A DNA stretch of 64,000 nucleotides from an uncultured Actinomycetes bacterium (GCA_963815005.1 CAWFFI010000006.1:139231-203230); one strand, 5' to 3'; positions 30,713-40,558 are shown, counted from the stretch's first letter. Translations and numbers: made by a program. The notes: generated by a model not told the origin, from the sequence alone.

Positions 30713-31932
30713 ATGAAGATTCTCGTCGTCGGTACCGGAGGGGTCGGTGCGGCCGTCGCGGCCGTCGCCCGCCGGCGCGACTTCTTCGAGCGGATGACGC
30801 TCGCCGACCTCGATCCGCAGCGGCCCGCGAAGCTCGTCGCCTCGCTCGGCGACGAGCGCTTCGAGGCGGCGCCGGTCGACGCCTCCGATCCCGCCTCGGT
30901 GGCGGCGCTGATCCGTTCGAGCGGCGCCGACGCGGTGCTGAACGCGACCGACCCGCGCTTCAACCCGCAGATCTTCGCCGCCGCGTTCGAGACCGGCGTC
31001 ACGTACCTCGACATGGCGATGACGCTGTCGACGGCCCGACCCGGAGCGCCCCTACGAGCGGCCCGGCGTGATGCTCGGCGACGCGCAGTTCGCCGAGCAC
31101 GACCGCTGGGCCGAGAAGGGGCAGCTCGCGCTCGTCGGCATCGGCGTCGAGCCCGGCCTCTCCGACGTGTTCGCGCGCTACGCCGCCGACCACCTGTTCG
31201 CCGAGATCGACGAGGTCGCCGTCCGCGACGGCGCCGACCTCGTGGTCGAGGGCTACGACTTCGCCCCCACGTTCTCGATCTGGACGACGATCGAGGAGTG
31301 CCTGAACCCGCCGCTCGTCTGGGAGCGCGAGCGCGGCTTCTTCACGACCGCGCCGTTCTCGGAGCCCGAGCTGTTCGAGTTCCCGGAGGGGATCGGCGTC
31401 GTCGAGTGCGTGAACGTCGAGCACGAGGAGGTCGTGCTCGTGCCGCGCGGCGATCGAGTGCCGCCGCGTCACGTTCAAGTACGGGCTCGGCGAGGAGTTC
31501 ATCGGCGTGCTCCGCACGCTGCACAAGCTCGGCCTCGACTCGACCGAGCCGGTGCGCGTCCGCGGCACGGAGGTCGCTCCGCGCGACGTCGTCGCCGCGG
31601 CGCTGCCCGACCCGGCCACCCTCGGCGACCGGATGCGCGGCAAGACCTGCGCCGGCACGCTCGTCACCGGGACGCGGAAGGACGGCTCCGCGGGCGCGGT
31701 CTACCTCTACCACGTCGCCGACAACGAGCGGTGCATGCGCGAGTACGGGCACCAGGCCGTCGTGCTGCAGACGGCCCTGAACCCGGTGGTCGCGCTCGAG
31801 CTGCTCGCGACCGGAGCGTGGCAGGGCGCCGGCGTGCTCGGGCCCGAGGCCTTCGACGCGGTGCCGTTCCTCGACCTGCTCGCCGACTACGGCGAGCCGC
31901 ACGGCATGGTCGACGGCGACCCGCGCCGCTAG
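30713..31932 (+). CDS. Saccharopine dehydrogenase family protein, two frame breaks (about 31033 and 31450)
   Basis: MKILVVGTGGVGAAVA Rossmann start. Homologous blocks continue in successive +1 frames (PDPERPYERPGVMLGDAQFAEHDRW..; IECRRVTFKYGLGEEFIGVLRTLHKLGL..). Confidence 0.75.
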
Positions 31933-31939
31933 AGCGCGT

Positions 31940-32337
31940 CTAGAGCCGGTCGCCCTCGACGCGCTCCGCGCGGATGCGGACGGTCACGCGCTGCTCGCCC
32001 TCCTTGCGGAACGGATAGGAGTCCGCGTCGAGGTACTTCTTCGCGAGCCGGTCGATCTGGGCGTCGGCCCCGTCGGTCGTCAGCTCGGCCGTGCCCGTCG
32101 ACGCTGACCCACCGGTAGCGCGTCGCCGGGGTCGACGACCGTGAGCGACACGCGCGGGTCGTGCTCGAGGTTCGCCGGCTTCGTCCGCCCGTAGGCGGTG
32201 TTGAACGGAGACGCCGTCCGCTCGACGTCGACCCACACGACGGTCGAGTGCGGCGATCCGTCCGGCCGCAGCGTCGTCACGACGCCGACGTACGGGTGCT
32301 CGAGGAACTTCTGCTGGGTCTCGGTCAGGCTTGCCAT
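31940..32337 (-). CDS. PPOX-class (pyridoxamine 5'-phosphate oxidase-like, probably F420-dependent) protein, two frame breaks (about 32112 and 32090)
   Basis: N-terminal block (FLEHPYVGVVTTLRPDGSPHSTVVWV). The middle block (YRWVSVDG) and tail (TAELTTDGADAQIDRLAKKYLDADSYPF..) are in successive +1 frames. Confidence 0.65.
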
Positions 32338-32355
32338 CCATGCCTCCTGCTCGTC

Positions 32356-33264
32356 TCAGTGTCCTGCCTCGTCGTCGGAAGGTACGGGCGCGGGCGCGTC
32401 TTCCGGAGCGACGCCGCGCTCGTCGCGGACGATCACCACCCGGTGCGGGAACGGGATCTCGATCCCCTCCCGGTCGAACCGCTGCTTGATCCGCTGGCGG
32501 AGCTCGCCCGTCACCTCCCACTGCATCATCGGCCGCGTCGTACCGAGCACCTTCAGCTCGATGCCCGAGTCGCCGAGCTTGTTCACGCGCAGCACGGAGG
32601 GCGCCTCGAGGATCTTCTCGCTCCAGTCGGGATCGGCGGCGAGCTCGGCGCCGACGGCGTCGATCACCGCGCGCACGCGGTCGAGGTCCTCGCCGTAGCC
32701 GACCGAGACGTTCAGGTTCACCCGCGCGAAGCTGCGCGTGAGGTTCGAGGCGACCTGGATCTGGCCGTTCGGGATCGTGTGGACGATCCCGTCGATGTCG
32801 CGCAGGATCGTGCGGCGGAGGTTGATCCGCTGCACCGTGCCGCCGATGCCGGCGATGTTGACGACGTCGCCCTCGTCGAACTGGTTCTCGAACAGGATGA
32901 ACATGCCCGCGAGCACGTCGCGGACGAGCGACTGGGCGCCGAAGCCGATCGCGAGCCCGACGACGCCGGCGCCCGCGATCAGCGGCCCGAGCTGGAACCC
33001 GGCCTCGCCGAGGGCGACGATCGCGGCGAGCCCGATCGCGGTGACGTCGATCGTCCGGACGAGCACCGCGGCGAGCGTGCGCGCCCGCTGCGCCTGCTCC
33101 TCGAGCGCGATCTGCGCCTCGGGCTCCTCCCCGTCCTCGACCCGCTGACGCGCGAGCGTGAGCTTGACCGCGCGCGGGATCGTGTGCCGCGCGGCCCAGC
33201 TCGCGAGCGCGGCGAGCAGGATCAGGACGCCGATCCGCGTCCCGTGCTGGAGGAGCCAGTCCAC
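32356..33264 (-). CDS. Mechanosensitive ion channel (MscS family)
   Basis: 302-aa uninterrupted ORF. MscS core block (GFGAQSLVRDVLAGMFILFENQFDEGDVV..GTVQRINLRRT). Confidence 0.85.
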   Translation of the reverse strand: MDWLLQHGTRIGVLILLAALASWAARHTIPRAVKLTLARQRVEDGEEPEAQIALEEQAQRARTLAAVLVRTIDVTAIGLAAIVALGEAGFQLGPLIAGAGVVGLAIGFGAQSLVRDVLAGMFILFENQFDEGDVVNIAGIGGTVQRINLRRTILRDIDGIVHTIPNGQIQVASNLTRSFARVNLNVSVGYGEDLDRVRAVIDAVGAELAADPDWSEKILEAPSVLRVNKLGDSGIELKVLGTTRPMMQWEVTGELRQRIKQRFDREGIEIPFPHRVVIVRDERGVAPEDAPAPVPSDDEAGH

Positions 33265-33378
33265 GGGGCGAGGCTATCGGGACCCGGGGCCGGGGCGTCA
33301 AGCCCGCCGCGAGGCCCCGGCCGCTCCCGTCTGCGCGACGCCGTGCCGCTCGAGATCTCCCTGCTAGCGTTTGCGACT

Positions 33379-34132
33379 GTGGAGCGCAAACCCGGTTCGG
33401 AGTTCAGCGGCCCGACCCCCGCCCACGTCGCCCTGGCGGTCGTCCTGCGCGTGCGCGAGCACGCGCTCGAGGTGCTGCTGTGGGAGCGGGCGCTGGCCCC
33501 CTCTGCCGGCTCGTGGGCGCTCCCGGGCGGCTACCTCGCCCCCGGCGAGACGCTCGAGGAGTCGATCCAGCGCCAGCTCGCCGAGAAGGTGGACGTGCGC
33601 GAGCTCGCCCACCTCGAGCAGCTCGACACGCGCAGCGACCCCGGCCGCGTGCCGGGCGAGTGGCAGCTCGCGACGACGTACCTGGGGCTCGTCCCCACCG
33701 ACGCCGACCCGGGGCTTCCCGACGACACCGCGTGGCACCCGGTCGAGACGCTGCCGCCGACCGCGTTCGACCACGGCGAGATCGTCCTCGCCGGGCGCGA
33801 GCGGCTGCGGGCGAAGCTCTCGTACACGAACGTCGGGCTTCGCGCTCGCACCGGAGACGTTCACGATCTCGGAGCTGCGCGACCTCTACGCCGCCGCGCT
33901 CGGGCACGAGCTCTCGGCGACGAACCTCCAGCGCGTGCTGCTGCGCCGCGACGTGCTCGAGGCGACGGGCGGTCGCCGCGAGCCGGGCCGCAGCGGCGGA
34001 CGGCCGGCGGCGCTCTTCCGTTTCCGGCGCCGCGAGCTCGCGATCACCGACCAGTTCGCGGTGCTGCGGCCGCCCGCCGGCCGGAGCATCGTGAGGGCGG
34101 CCCGCTTGACGCTCGGCGCGGCTGAGCCCTAG
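33379..34132 (+). CDS. NUDIX hydrolase with C-terminal winged-helix domain (NrtR-like), frame break near 33837
   Basis: Nudix box (GGYLAPGETLEESIQRQLAEKV). After ..SYTNVG the continuation (FALAPETFTISELRDLYAAALGHEL..) is in the +1 frame. GTG 33379 is a tentative start. Confidence 0.7.
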
Positions 34133-34158
34133 CCTGTCCAGCAGTCTTCGTCCCCGGC

Positions 34159-34301
34159 ATGAGGAGGTTCGTCAGATGACTGTTCGCACCGCCCCCTCGG
34201 CCTTCACGGCCTAAGCCGAAGCGACGACGCACTCCTTCGAGGACGCGCCGCCGCTGCGGCGTCTCTTCCCGTTCCCACCGCTCGAAGGAGAACCTGCGTT
34301 G
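34159..34301 (+). promoter_or_regulatory. Candidate cis-regulatory leader of rsgA: overlapping mini-ORFs, GC hairpin, anti-SD/SD helix
   Basis: ATG 34159 encodes 6 codons. GAGGAGG then ATG 34176 encodes MTVRTAPSAFTA, ending at TAA 34212-34214. Hairpin at 34242-34263 followed by TCTTCCCGTT. CTCCTTCGAG (34232-34241) is the perfect complement of CTCGAAGGAG (34281-34290), which contains the rsgA RBS. Confidence 0.35.
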
Positions 34302-35336
34302 CCCCGATTCGATCTGGGCGAGCTCGGATGGACTCCCGAACTCGCCGACGCGCTCGAAGCGCACCAAGCCCCGGCCCGCGTGGCGGTCCAGCACCGCGGG
34401 CAGTACGTCGTCTACGCCGAGCGCGGCGAGCTCCGCGTCCGCCTGCCCGGCCGCTTCCGCCACGAGGGGATCGACGTCGCGGTCGGCGACTGGATCGCCG
34501 TCGCCGACGACGCCGTCGTCCAGGCCGTGCTGCCGCGCCGCAGCGCGATCGTCCGCAACGCCGCCGGCCTCCAGACCGCGGCGCAGACCCTCGCCGCCAA
34601 CGTCGACGTCGCGTTCGTCCTCAGCTCGCTCGGCCCGGATCTCGAGCCGCGCCGGCTCGAGCGCTACCTCGTGATGATCTGGGAGAGCGGCGCCACCCCG
34701 GAGATCGTCCTCACGAAGGCCGACCGGTTCGAGGACCCGTGGGAGATGGTCGCCGAGGTCGAGGCGGTCGCCGCCGGCGTCCCGGTCCACGTCGTCTCGG
34801 CGCTGACGGGGCAGGGCTGCGACGCCCTCCGCGCCCGCATCCTGCCCGGAACGACCGCCGTCCTGCTCGGCTCGTCGGGAGTGGGCAAGTCGACGCTCGT
34901 CAACCGCTGGGTCGGCAGCGAGCTGATGGCCACCTCCGAGACCCGCGTCGACGACGACGAGGGCCGCCACACGACGTCGCACCGCGAGCTGATCCAGCTC
35001 CCCGGCGGCGGCATGGTCATCGACACGCCGGGCCTGCGCGAGCTCCAGCTCTGGGACGTCGGCGAGGAGGCGCTCGGCGAGGCGTTCTCCGACGTCGAGG
35101 AGCTCGCCGGCGAGTGCCGCTTCAACGACTGCTCGCACGCCCAGGAGCCGGGCTGCGCCGTCCTCGCGGCCGTCGAGTCGGGTGCGCTGCCGTCCGAGCG
35201 CTTCGCCAGCTGGCGCAAGCTCCAGAAGGAGCTCCTCGCGATGGCGGTGCGCCACGACGTGCTGCTGCGCAAGGAGGAGGCCCGCAAGTGGCGTCTCCGC
35301 GGCCGCGAAGGGCGGGCGAAGGCGCGGATCCGGTGA
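34299..35336 (+). CDS. rsgA: Ribosome small subunit-dependent GTPase A
   Basis: TTG start 8 nt after GAAGGAG. GSSGVGKSTLVN P-loop and the CRFNDCSHAQEPGCAV zinc knuckle. Uninterrupted. Confidence 0.85.
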   Translation: MPRFDLGELGWTPELADALEAHQAPARVAVQHRGQYVVYAERGELRVRLPGRFRHEGIDVAVGDWIAVADDAVVQAVLPRRSAIVRNAAGLQTAAQTLAANVDVAFVLSSLGPDLEPRRLERYLVMIWESGATPEIVLTKADRFEDPWEMVAEVEAVAAGVPVHVVSALTGQGCDALRARILPGTTAVLLGSSGVGKSTLVNRWVGSELMATSETRVDDDEGRHTTSHRELIQLPGGGMVIDTPGLRELQLWDVGEEALGEAFSDVEELAGECRFNDCSHAQEPGCAVLAAVESGALPSERFASWRKLQKELLAMAVRHDVLLRKEEARKWRLRGREGRAKARIR

Positions 35337-36093
35337 GCGCACTCGAGTGGCGGATCCAGGCGGCGATGCGCGCCGGTGCGTCGCGCCGGCGCGATGTCGA
35401 GCGGGTCCGGCCGTTCACCGCGACCTTCGCCGTCGGGAGCGACCACCCGTTCCTCAACTACGCGATCCCCGACGACGCAGCAGAGCCCACGGCGACCGAG
35501 GTGAGCTCGCTCGTGGAGGCATTCCGCTCGCGCGGGCGGACGCCTCGCCTCGAGTACGTCCCGTCACTGGCGCCAGGGGTCGAGCCCGCGTTGGTCCCGG
35601 CCGGCTTCGCGGTCGAGTCCCGCCCGCCGCTGATGACGCTCGGCGAGCCGACGGCGGCGGTGTCGCCGGCCGGGATCGAGCTGGTCGAGGCCGCGTCCGG
35701 CGACGACGTGCGTGCCGCCGTGACGGCCCAGCACGAAGCGTACGGAGAGCCGGCGCCGTCCACGGACGCCTGGCTCGAAGGGGTGGTCAGGAGCATCGAG
35801 ACCGGCGGCCTGCTCGTTCTCGCTCGCGACGTGCGTAGCGGCGAGGCGGCGGGAGGCGGCCAGTGCACGAGCCGGAAGCCGGCGCGAGCGAGCTGACGTC
35901 GATCGGCGTCCGCCCCGTGTTCCGGCGACGCGGGATCGCAGCCGCCATGACCTCCTGGCTCGCCGAGCGGATGCCCGACCGCGGCGCCGATCTCGTGTAC
36001 CTGACCGCGGCAGGCGAGGCGGAAGCGCGGATCTACGCGCGCGTCGGCTTCGAGCGCATCGGCGAGGCGCTCTACGTCTCGCTCCCCGACTGA
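35333..36093 (+). CDS. GNAT family N-acetyltransferase, frame break near 35860
   Basis: GTG 35333 overlaps the rsgA stop. The acetyl-CoA motif block (ELTSIGVRPVFRRRGIAAAMTSWL) is in a different frame from the N-terminal part. This break needs a -1 shift (or two +1 shifts). Confidence 0.6.
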
Positions 36094-36308
36094 GCGACGG
36101 GGCCAGCCCCCGGTACGCGACCGTGTCGGAGTCCGCGGGCGCGGCAGGCGCGAGGGTCCGTTCGCCGGGCTCCGCGATCAAAGGATGGAGCTAACGCGGA
36201 GCGTTAGCGAGGGCCGGACCGATTCGGCCGGGGATGGCCGCAGGCCACCACCGACCGAACGCCCGGGGCCTTCGCCGAGAGCATCGCAAGCGGAGCAGCA
36301 CGGAGGAT

Positions 36309-36330
36309 GGCCGAGACCGCGCTCTCGGCC
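36309..36330 (-). terminator. Terminator-like hairpin after the opp operon (GGCCGAGA-6 nt-TCTCGGCC)
   Basis: Perfect 8-bp stem 26 nt downstream of the oppF-like stop. It shares the core GAGAGCGCGGTCTC with hairpins at 63337-63356 and 63648-63666. Confidence 0.45.
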
Positions 36331-36355
36331 GTCCGGAGTTCGTTCGAGATCGTCT

Positions 36356-37379
36356 CTACGACGCAGTCGTGGAGACGATCTCGAGCGGCCGGACGATCTC
36401 GGCGAAGTGGCAGGCCGTCGGATGCCCCTGCCCCCGGTCGATCAGCGCCGGCTCCTCCTCGGCGCAGATCGTCCTGCGCCTTCCAGCAGCGCGTGCGGAA
36501 GCGGCACCCGGAGGGCGGGTTCGCCGGACTCGGCACGTCGCCCTCGAGCACGATCCGCTCGCGCTTGCCCCGCTGGCTCGGCTCCTCGATCGGCACCGCG
36601 GAGAGGAGCGCCTGCGTGTACGGATGGGAGGGCATGTCGTAGATGTCGTGCTTCGAGCCGATCTCGACCACCTTGCCGAGGTACATCACCGCGACGCGGT
36701 CGGAGACGTGCCGGACGACCGAGAGGTCGTGGGCGACGAAGATGTACGTGAGCCCGAAGTCGCGCTGCAGCGACTCGAGCAGGTTCACGACCTGGGCGCG
36801 GATCGACACGTCGAGCGCCGAGACCGGCTCGTCGAGGATGATCAGCTGCGGGCTCAGGGCGAGCGCGCGGGCCACGCCGATGCGCTGGCGCTGACCGCCC
36901 GAGAACTCGTGCGGGAACCGGTTCGCGTGCTCGGGCGAGAGGCCGACGGTGCGGAGCAGCTCGTCGACGCGCTGCTTGCCCTGCTCGCCCTCGTAGCGGT
37001 TGTGGATCCGCAGCGGCTCGCTGACGATGTCGCGGACGGTCATGCGCGGGTTGAGCGACGCGTACGGGTCCTGGAAGACGATCTGCAGCTCGCGGCGCAC
37101 GTCGCGCATCTGCCGTCGCGACAGGCTCGTGATGTCGCGCCCGTTGAAGACGATCTTCCCGGCGGTCGGCTCGGTCAGCTTGATGATCGTGCGCGAGAGC
37201 GTCGTCTTGCCGCAGCCGGACTCGCCGACGAGCCCGAGCGTCTCCCCCGCCCGGATCGAGAGGTCGACGCCGTCGACCGCGTGGATCTGCCCGACGGCCC
37301 GCTTGAGAAGGCCGGCCCGGATCGGGAAGTACTTGACGAGCCCCTCGACGCGGAGGATCTCCTCGCCGGATCGCGGCAC
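36356..37379 (-). CDS. Oligopeptide/dipeptide ABC transporter ATP-binding protein (OppF/DppF type), frame break near 36470
   Basis: Walker [10 protein letters not shown]. After ..RCWKAQD the C-terminus ([26 protein letters not shown]..) is in the +1 frame, ending at TAG 36356-36358. Confidence 0.8.
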
Positions 37380-37427
37380 GACTGTGGATCGAGCCGTCCG
37401 CGACCGTGCCGGCCGTCTCCTCCGCGC

Positions 37428-38465
37428 TCACTGCGCACCTCCTGCCTGGACAGGCGCGCCGAACCTGGACGCCCGGTCGCGCAGCTCGTCCGGGAAATGG
37501 CAGGCGGCCTGGTGCTCGGCGCCGTCGACGGCGCGCAGCGCCGGCACCTCGTCGAGGCACGCCGCGCGCCCCTGCGAGAGGAAGCAGCGGGGATGGAACG
37601 CGCAGCCGCTCGGCCGGTTGATGAGGCTCGGCGGCTGCCCGGGGATCGGGTGCAGCCATTCCTCGTCCTCGGTGAGGCGCGGCAGGCTGTCCATCAGCCC
37701 GATCGTGTACGGATGCCGTGGTGTTCGGAAGATCGTGTGGACGTCGCCGGACTCGACGATCCGGCCGGCATACATGACGAGGACGCGGTCGCACAGCTCG
37801 GCGACGATCCCGAGGTCGTGCGTGATCAGGATCGTGGCCGCGTGCGTCTCCTCCTGCACGCGCTTCATCACCTGGAGCACCTGCGCCTGGATCGTCACGT
37901 CGAGCGCGGTGGTCGGCTCGTCGGCGATCAGCAGAGCAGGCGAGTTCGCGATCGACATCGCGATCATCGCCCGCTGACGCATGCCGCCCGAGAACTCGTG
38001 CGGGTACTGGTCGTAGCGGGTGTCCGGGTTCGGCACGCCGACGATGCGGAGCAGCTCGATCACGCGCTCCTTCACGGTGTCGTCGCGCTCCTTCGGATAG
38101 TGCGTCTTGATCGCCTCGCCGAGCTGGAAGCCGACTTTCAGCACCGGGTTGAGCGAGGTCATCGGGTCCTGGAAGACCATCGCCACCTCGTCGCCGCGAA
38201 CCTTGCGCAGCTCGCGCTTGCTCAGCTTCAGCAGATCCCGTCCCTTGAAGATCGCCTCGCCGCCGGCGATCCGTCCGGGCGGCTGCGGGATCAGGCCGAG
38301 GATCGAGAGCGTGCTGACGCTCTTCCCGGAGCCGGACTCGCCGACGATCCCGAGCGTCTCGCCCGGGAAGACGTCGTAGGTGATGCCGTCGACCGCGTGG
38401 ACGACCCCGTCGTCGGTCGTGAACTCGACCGCGAGGTTGCGGATCGACAGGACCGGCTCAGGCAC
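37428..38465 (-). CDS. Oligopeptide/dipeptide ABC transporter ATP-binding protein (OppD/DppD type)
   Basis: GTG 38465 preceded by GAGAGGAGA. Walker A GESGSGKS. C-terminal oligopeptide-type Cys motif (CAFHPRC..ACHF). Confidence 0.85.
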   Translation of the reverse strand: MPEPVLSIRNLAVEFTTDDGVVHAVDGITYDVFPGETLGIVGESGSGKSVSTLSILGLIPQPPGRIAGGEAIFKGRDLLKLSKRELRKVRGDEVAMVFQDPMTSLNPVLKVGFQLGEAIKTHYPKERDDTVKERVIELLRIVGVPNPDTRYDQYPHEFSGGMRQRAMIAMSIANSPALLIADEPTTALDVTIQAQVLQVMKRVQEETHAATILITHDLGIVAELCDRVLVMYAGRIVESGDVHTIFRTPRHPYTIGLMDSLPRLTEDEEWLHPIPGQPPSLINRPSGCAFHPRCFLSQGRAACLDEVPALRAVDGAEHQAACHFPDELRDRASRFGAPVQAGGAQ

Positions 38466-38529
38466 GGATTCTCCTCTCAGCCCCGGCTCCGAACAGCCAC
38501 GACGCGACGTCAGGCACGGATTCTCCTCT
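38458..38529. repeat. 20-bp perfect direct repeat (TCAGGCACGGATTCTCCTCT) present twice, 52 bp apart, at the oppC/oppD junction
   Basis: Copies at 38458-38477 (contains the oppD-like GTG start and RBS) and 38510-38529 (contains the oppC-like stop). Confidence 0.9.
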
Positions 38530-39484
38530 GGGTCGGGTCGAGCGCGTCCCGGAGACCGTCGCCGACGAAGTTGACGCACAGGACGATCAGGACGAGCGTG
38601 AGCCCGGGGAAGATCGTCAGCCACCACTGCTGCGGGTTCGTCTGCCCGGAGACGACGAGCGAGCCGAGCGACGGCGTCGGCGGCTTGATCCCGAAGCCGA
38701 GGAACGAGAGCGCCGCCTCGATCAGGATCGCGGTCGCGACGGCGAGCGTGCCGTTGACGATGATCGGCCCGAGCGTGTTCGGGAGGATGTGCCGGAACAT
38801 GATCCGCATGTCGCCGGAGCCGGCCGCCCGTGCCGCCTCGACGTACTCCTTCTCGCGCAGCGACAGGAACAGGCCGCGCACGATTCTCGCAAGCCCCGTC
38901 CACAGGAGCAGGGCGAGGATGATCGAGACCCGCCACTGGTTCCCCGAGCCGAGCAGGGCCGCCGCCGTCGCGAGCACGGCGAGCAGCGGCAGCGTCAGGA
39001 AGAGATCGGTGATGCGCATGACGATGTTGTCGATCCAGCCGCTGTAGAAGCCGGCGATCGCGCCGAGCACCAGGCCGATGAGCGAGGAGACGATCGCGAC
39101 GAAGACGCCGACCTCCTCGGACGTGCGGATCCCCCAGATCACGCGGCTGAAGTAGTCGCGGCCGATCTCGTCGGTCCCGAAGAAGTGCTTGCCGACCGTC
39201 GTCGGCGCATGGAGGATGTTGTTCAGGTCGATCTGCTCGTACGAGTACGGCGCGACGAAGTTCGCGAGCGCGCCCGCCCCGAACACGATGATAAGGACGA
39301 TGAGGCTGAACATCGCGAGCCGGTGGCGGACGAACCGGCTGCGGGCATAGGCCCACTGGCTGCGGACCTTGATCTCGAGGCCGGCCTCGACGGACGCGTC
39401 CTCGGCCCCGTGTGTCGAGGCGACCAGCCCGTCCGTCGGCGCCCCCGGCTCGGGGACGGGCTCCCGCTCCGTCGGCTCAGTCAT
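38510..39484 (-). CDS. Oligopeptide ABC transporter permease (OppC/DppC type)
   Basis: 324-aa uninterrupted ORF with permease blocks and an EAA loop (YVEAARAAGSGDMRIMFRHILPN). Confidence 0.85.
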   Translation of the reverse strand: MTEPTEREPVPEPGAPTDGLVASTHGAEDASVEAGLEIKVRSQWAYARSRFVRHRLAMFSLIVLIIVFGAGALANFVAPYSYEQIDLNNILHAPTTVGKHFFGTDEIGRDYFSRVIWGIRTSEEVGVFVAIVSSLIGLVLGAIAGFYSGWIDNIVMRITDLFLTLPLLAVLATAAALLGSGNQWRVSIILALLLWTGLARIVRGLFLSLREKEYVEAARAAGSGDMRIMFRHILPNTLGPIIVNGTLAVATAILIEAALSFLGFGIKPPTPSLGSLVVSGQTNPQQWWLTIFPGLTLVLIVLCVNFVGDGLRDALDPTQRRIRA

Positions 39485-40442
39485 ACCGGATCCGCGGATC
39501 GAGGAAGCCGTAGAGGATGTCCGCGATCAGGTTGAACAGGATGATCCCGATCGACGTGATCAGCAGGTACGCCATCACGGCGTACAGATCGAGGTTCTGC
39601 AGCTTCTGGATGAAGTAGTAGCCGATCCCGTCGAGGCTGAAGACGGACTCGGTAATGATCGCGCCGCCGAGCAGGCCACCGAAGTTCAGGGCCGCGATCG
39701 TCGCGATCGGGATCAGCGCGTTGCGGAAGACGTGCCCCATGATCACCTTCCACTCGGGCAGCCCCTTCGCGCGCGCCGTCCGGACGTAGTCGGTGTTGAT
39801 CACGTCCAGCATCGTCGCCCGCATGTAGCGGCTGTAGAGCGCGAAGCTGATGATCAGCAGCGTCATCACGGGCAGCGCGATGTGTTGGAGCCGGTCGAGC
39901 GACCACGTCCCCTCGTGCGGGCTGTTCAGGCCCGACGTGTAGAAGACCCGGACGCCCCACTTGAGGTAGATGTCGACGAAGAGGATCTGGAGCAGCAGCG
40001 CCAGCCAGAACGTCGGCATCGCGAAGCCGACGAAGCTCACCGACGTGAACAGGTAGTCGAAGATCGAGTACTGCTTGATCGCGGAGAAGATCCCGACGGC
40101 GACGCCGAGGATCAGCGCGAGCGACTCGGAGATGAGGATCACCTGCGCCGTGTGGCCGATCGTCCGCGTGATGTCGGGCCAGATCGGCTGGAACGTCTGC
40201 AGGGAGGTGCCGAGCTTGTGCGTGAAGACGTCCTTGATCCAGTACCAGTAGCGGATCGGGATCGACTGGTTCAGGTGGTACTGCACCTTGAGGTTCGCGA
40301 CCGTGATCGCCGAGAGTTGCGGGTTCGAGCGCAACCGTGCGAGCGGGTCGCCGGCGTACGAGACGAACACGAAGCTCAGGAAGCTCGAGATGATCAGGAC
40401 GGGAATGCTGTAGAGGACGCGCCTGACGATGAAGGTGAGCAC
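39477..40442 (-). CDS. Oligopeptide ABC transporter permease (OppB/DppB type)
   Basis: 321-aa uninterrupted ORF (MLTFIVRRVLYSIPVLI.., DYVRTARAKGLPEWKV). Confidence 0.85.
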   Translation of the reverse strand: MLTFIVRRVLYSIPVLIISSFLSFVFVSYAGDPLARLRSNPQLSAITVANLKVQYHLNQSIPIRYWYWIKDVFTHKLGTSLQTFQPIWPDITRTIGHTAQVILISESLALILGVAVGIFSAIKQYSIFDYLFTSVSFVGFAMPTFWLALLLQILFVDIYLKWGVRVFYTSGLNSPHEGTWSLDRLQHIALPVMTLLIISFALYSRYMRATMLDVINTDYVRTARAKGLPEWKVIMGHVFRNALIPIATIAALNFGGLLGGAIITESVFSLDGIGYYFIQKLQNLDLYAVMAYLLITSIGIILFNLIADILYGFLDPRIRYD

Positions 40443-40558
40443 GTGTCGATGTCCTTGGGTCGACTCGAGGAAGCCGCTCCGACCCGCGCCCGCCGGGAAG
40501 GCGGGCGCGGGTCGTCACGGAAAAGGCGCGCAGCGCTAGCTGCGTGCCGTCTTGACGC

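Noticed and set aside
33369-33391. Inverted repeat GTTTGCG-9 nt-CGCAAAC spanning the putative start of the NrtR-like Nudix gene, considered as an autoregulatory operator.
   Set aside because: The arms are only 7 bp with no second copy in the window. That is too weak to call without comparative data.
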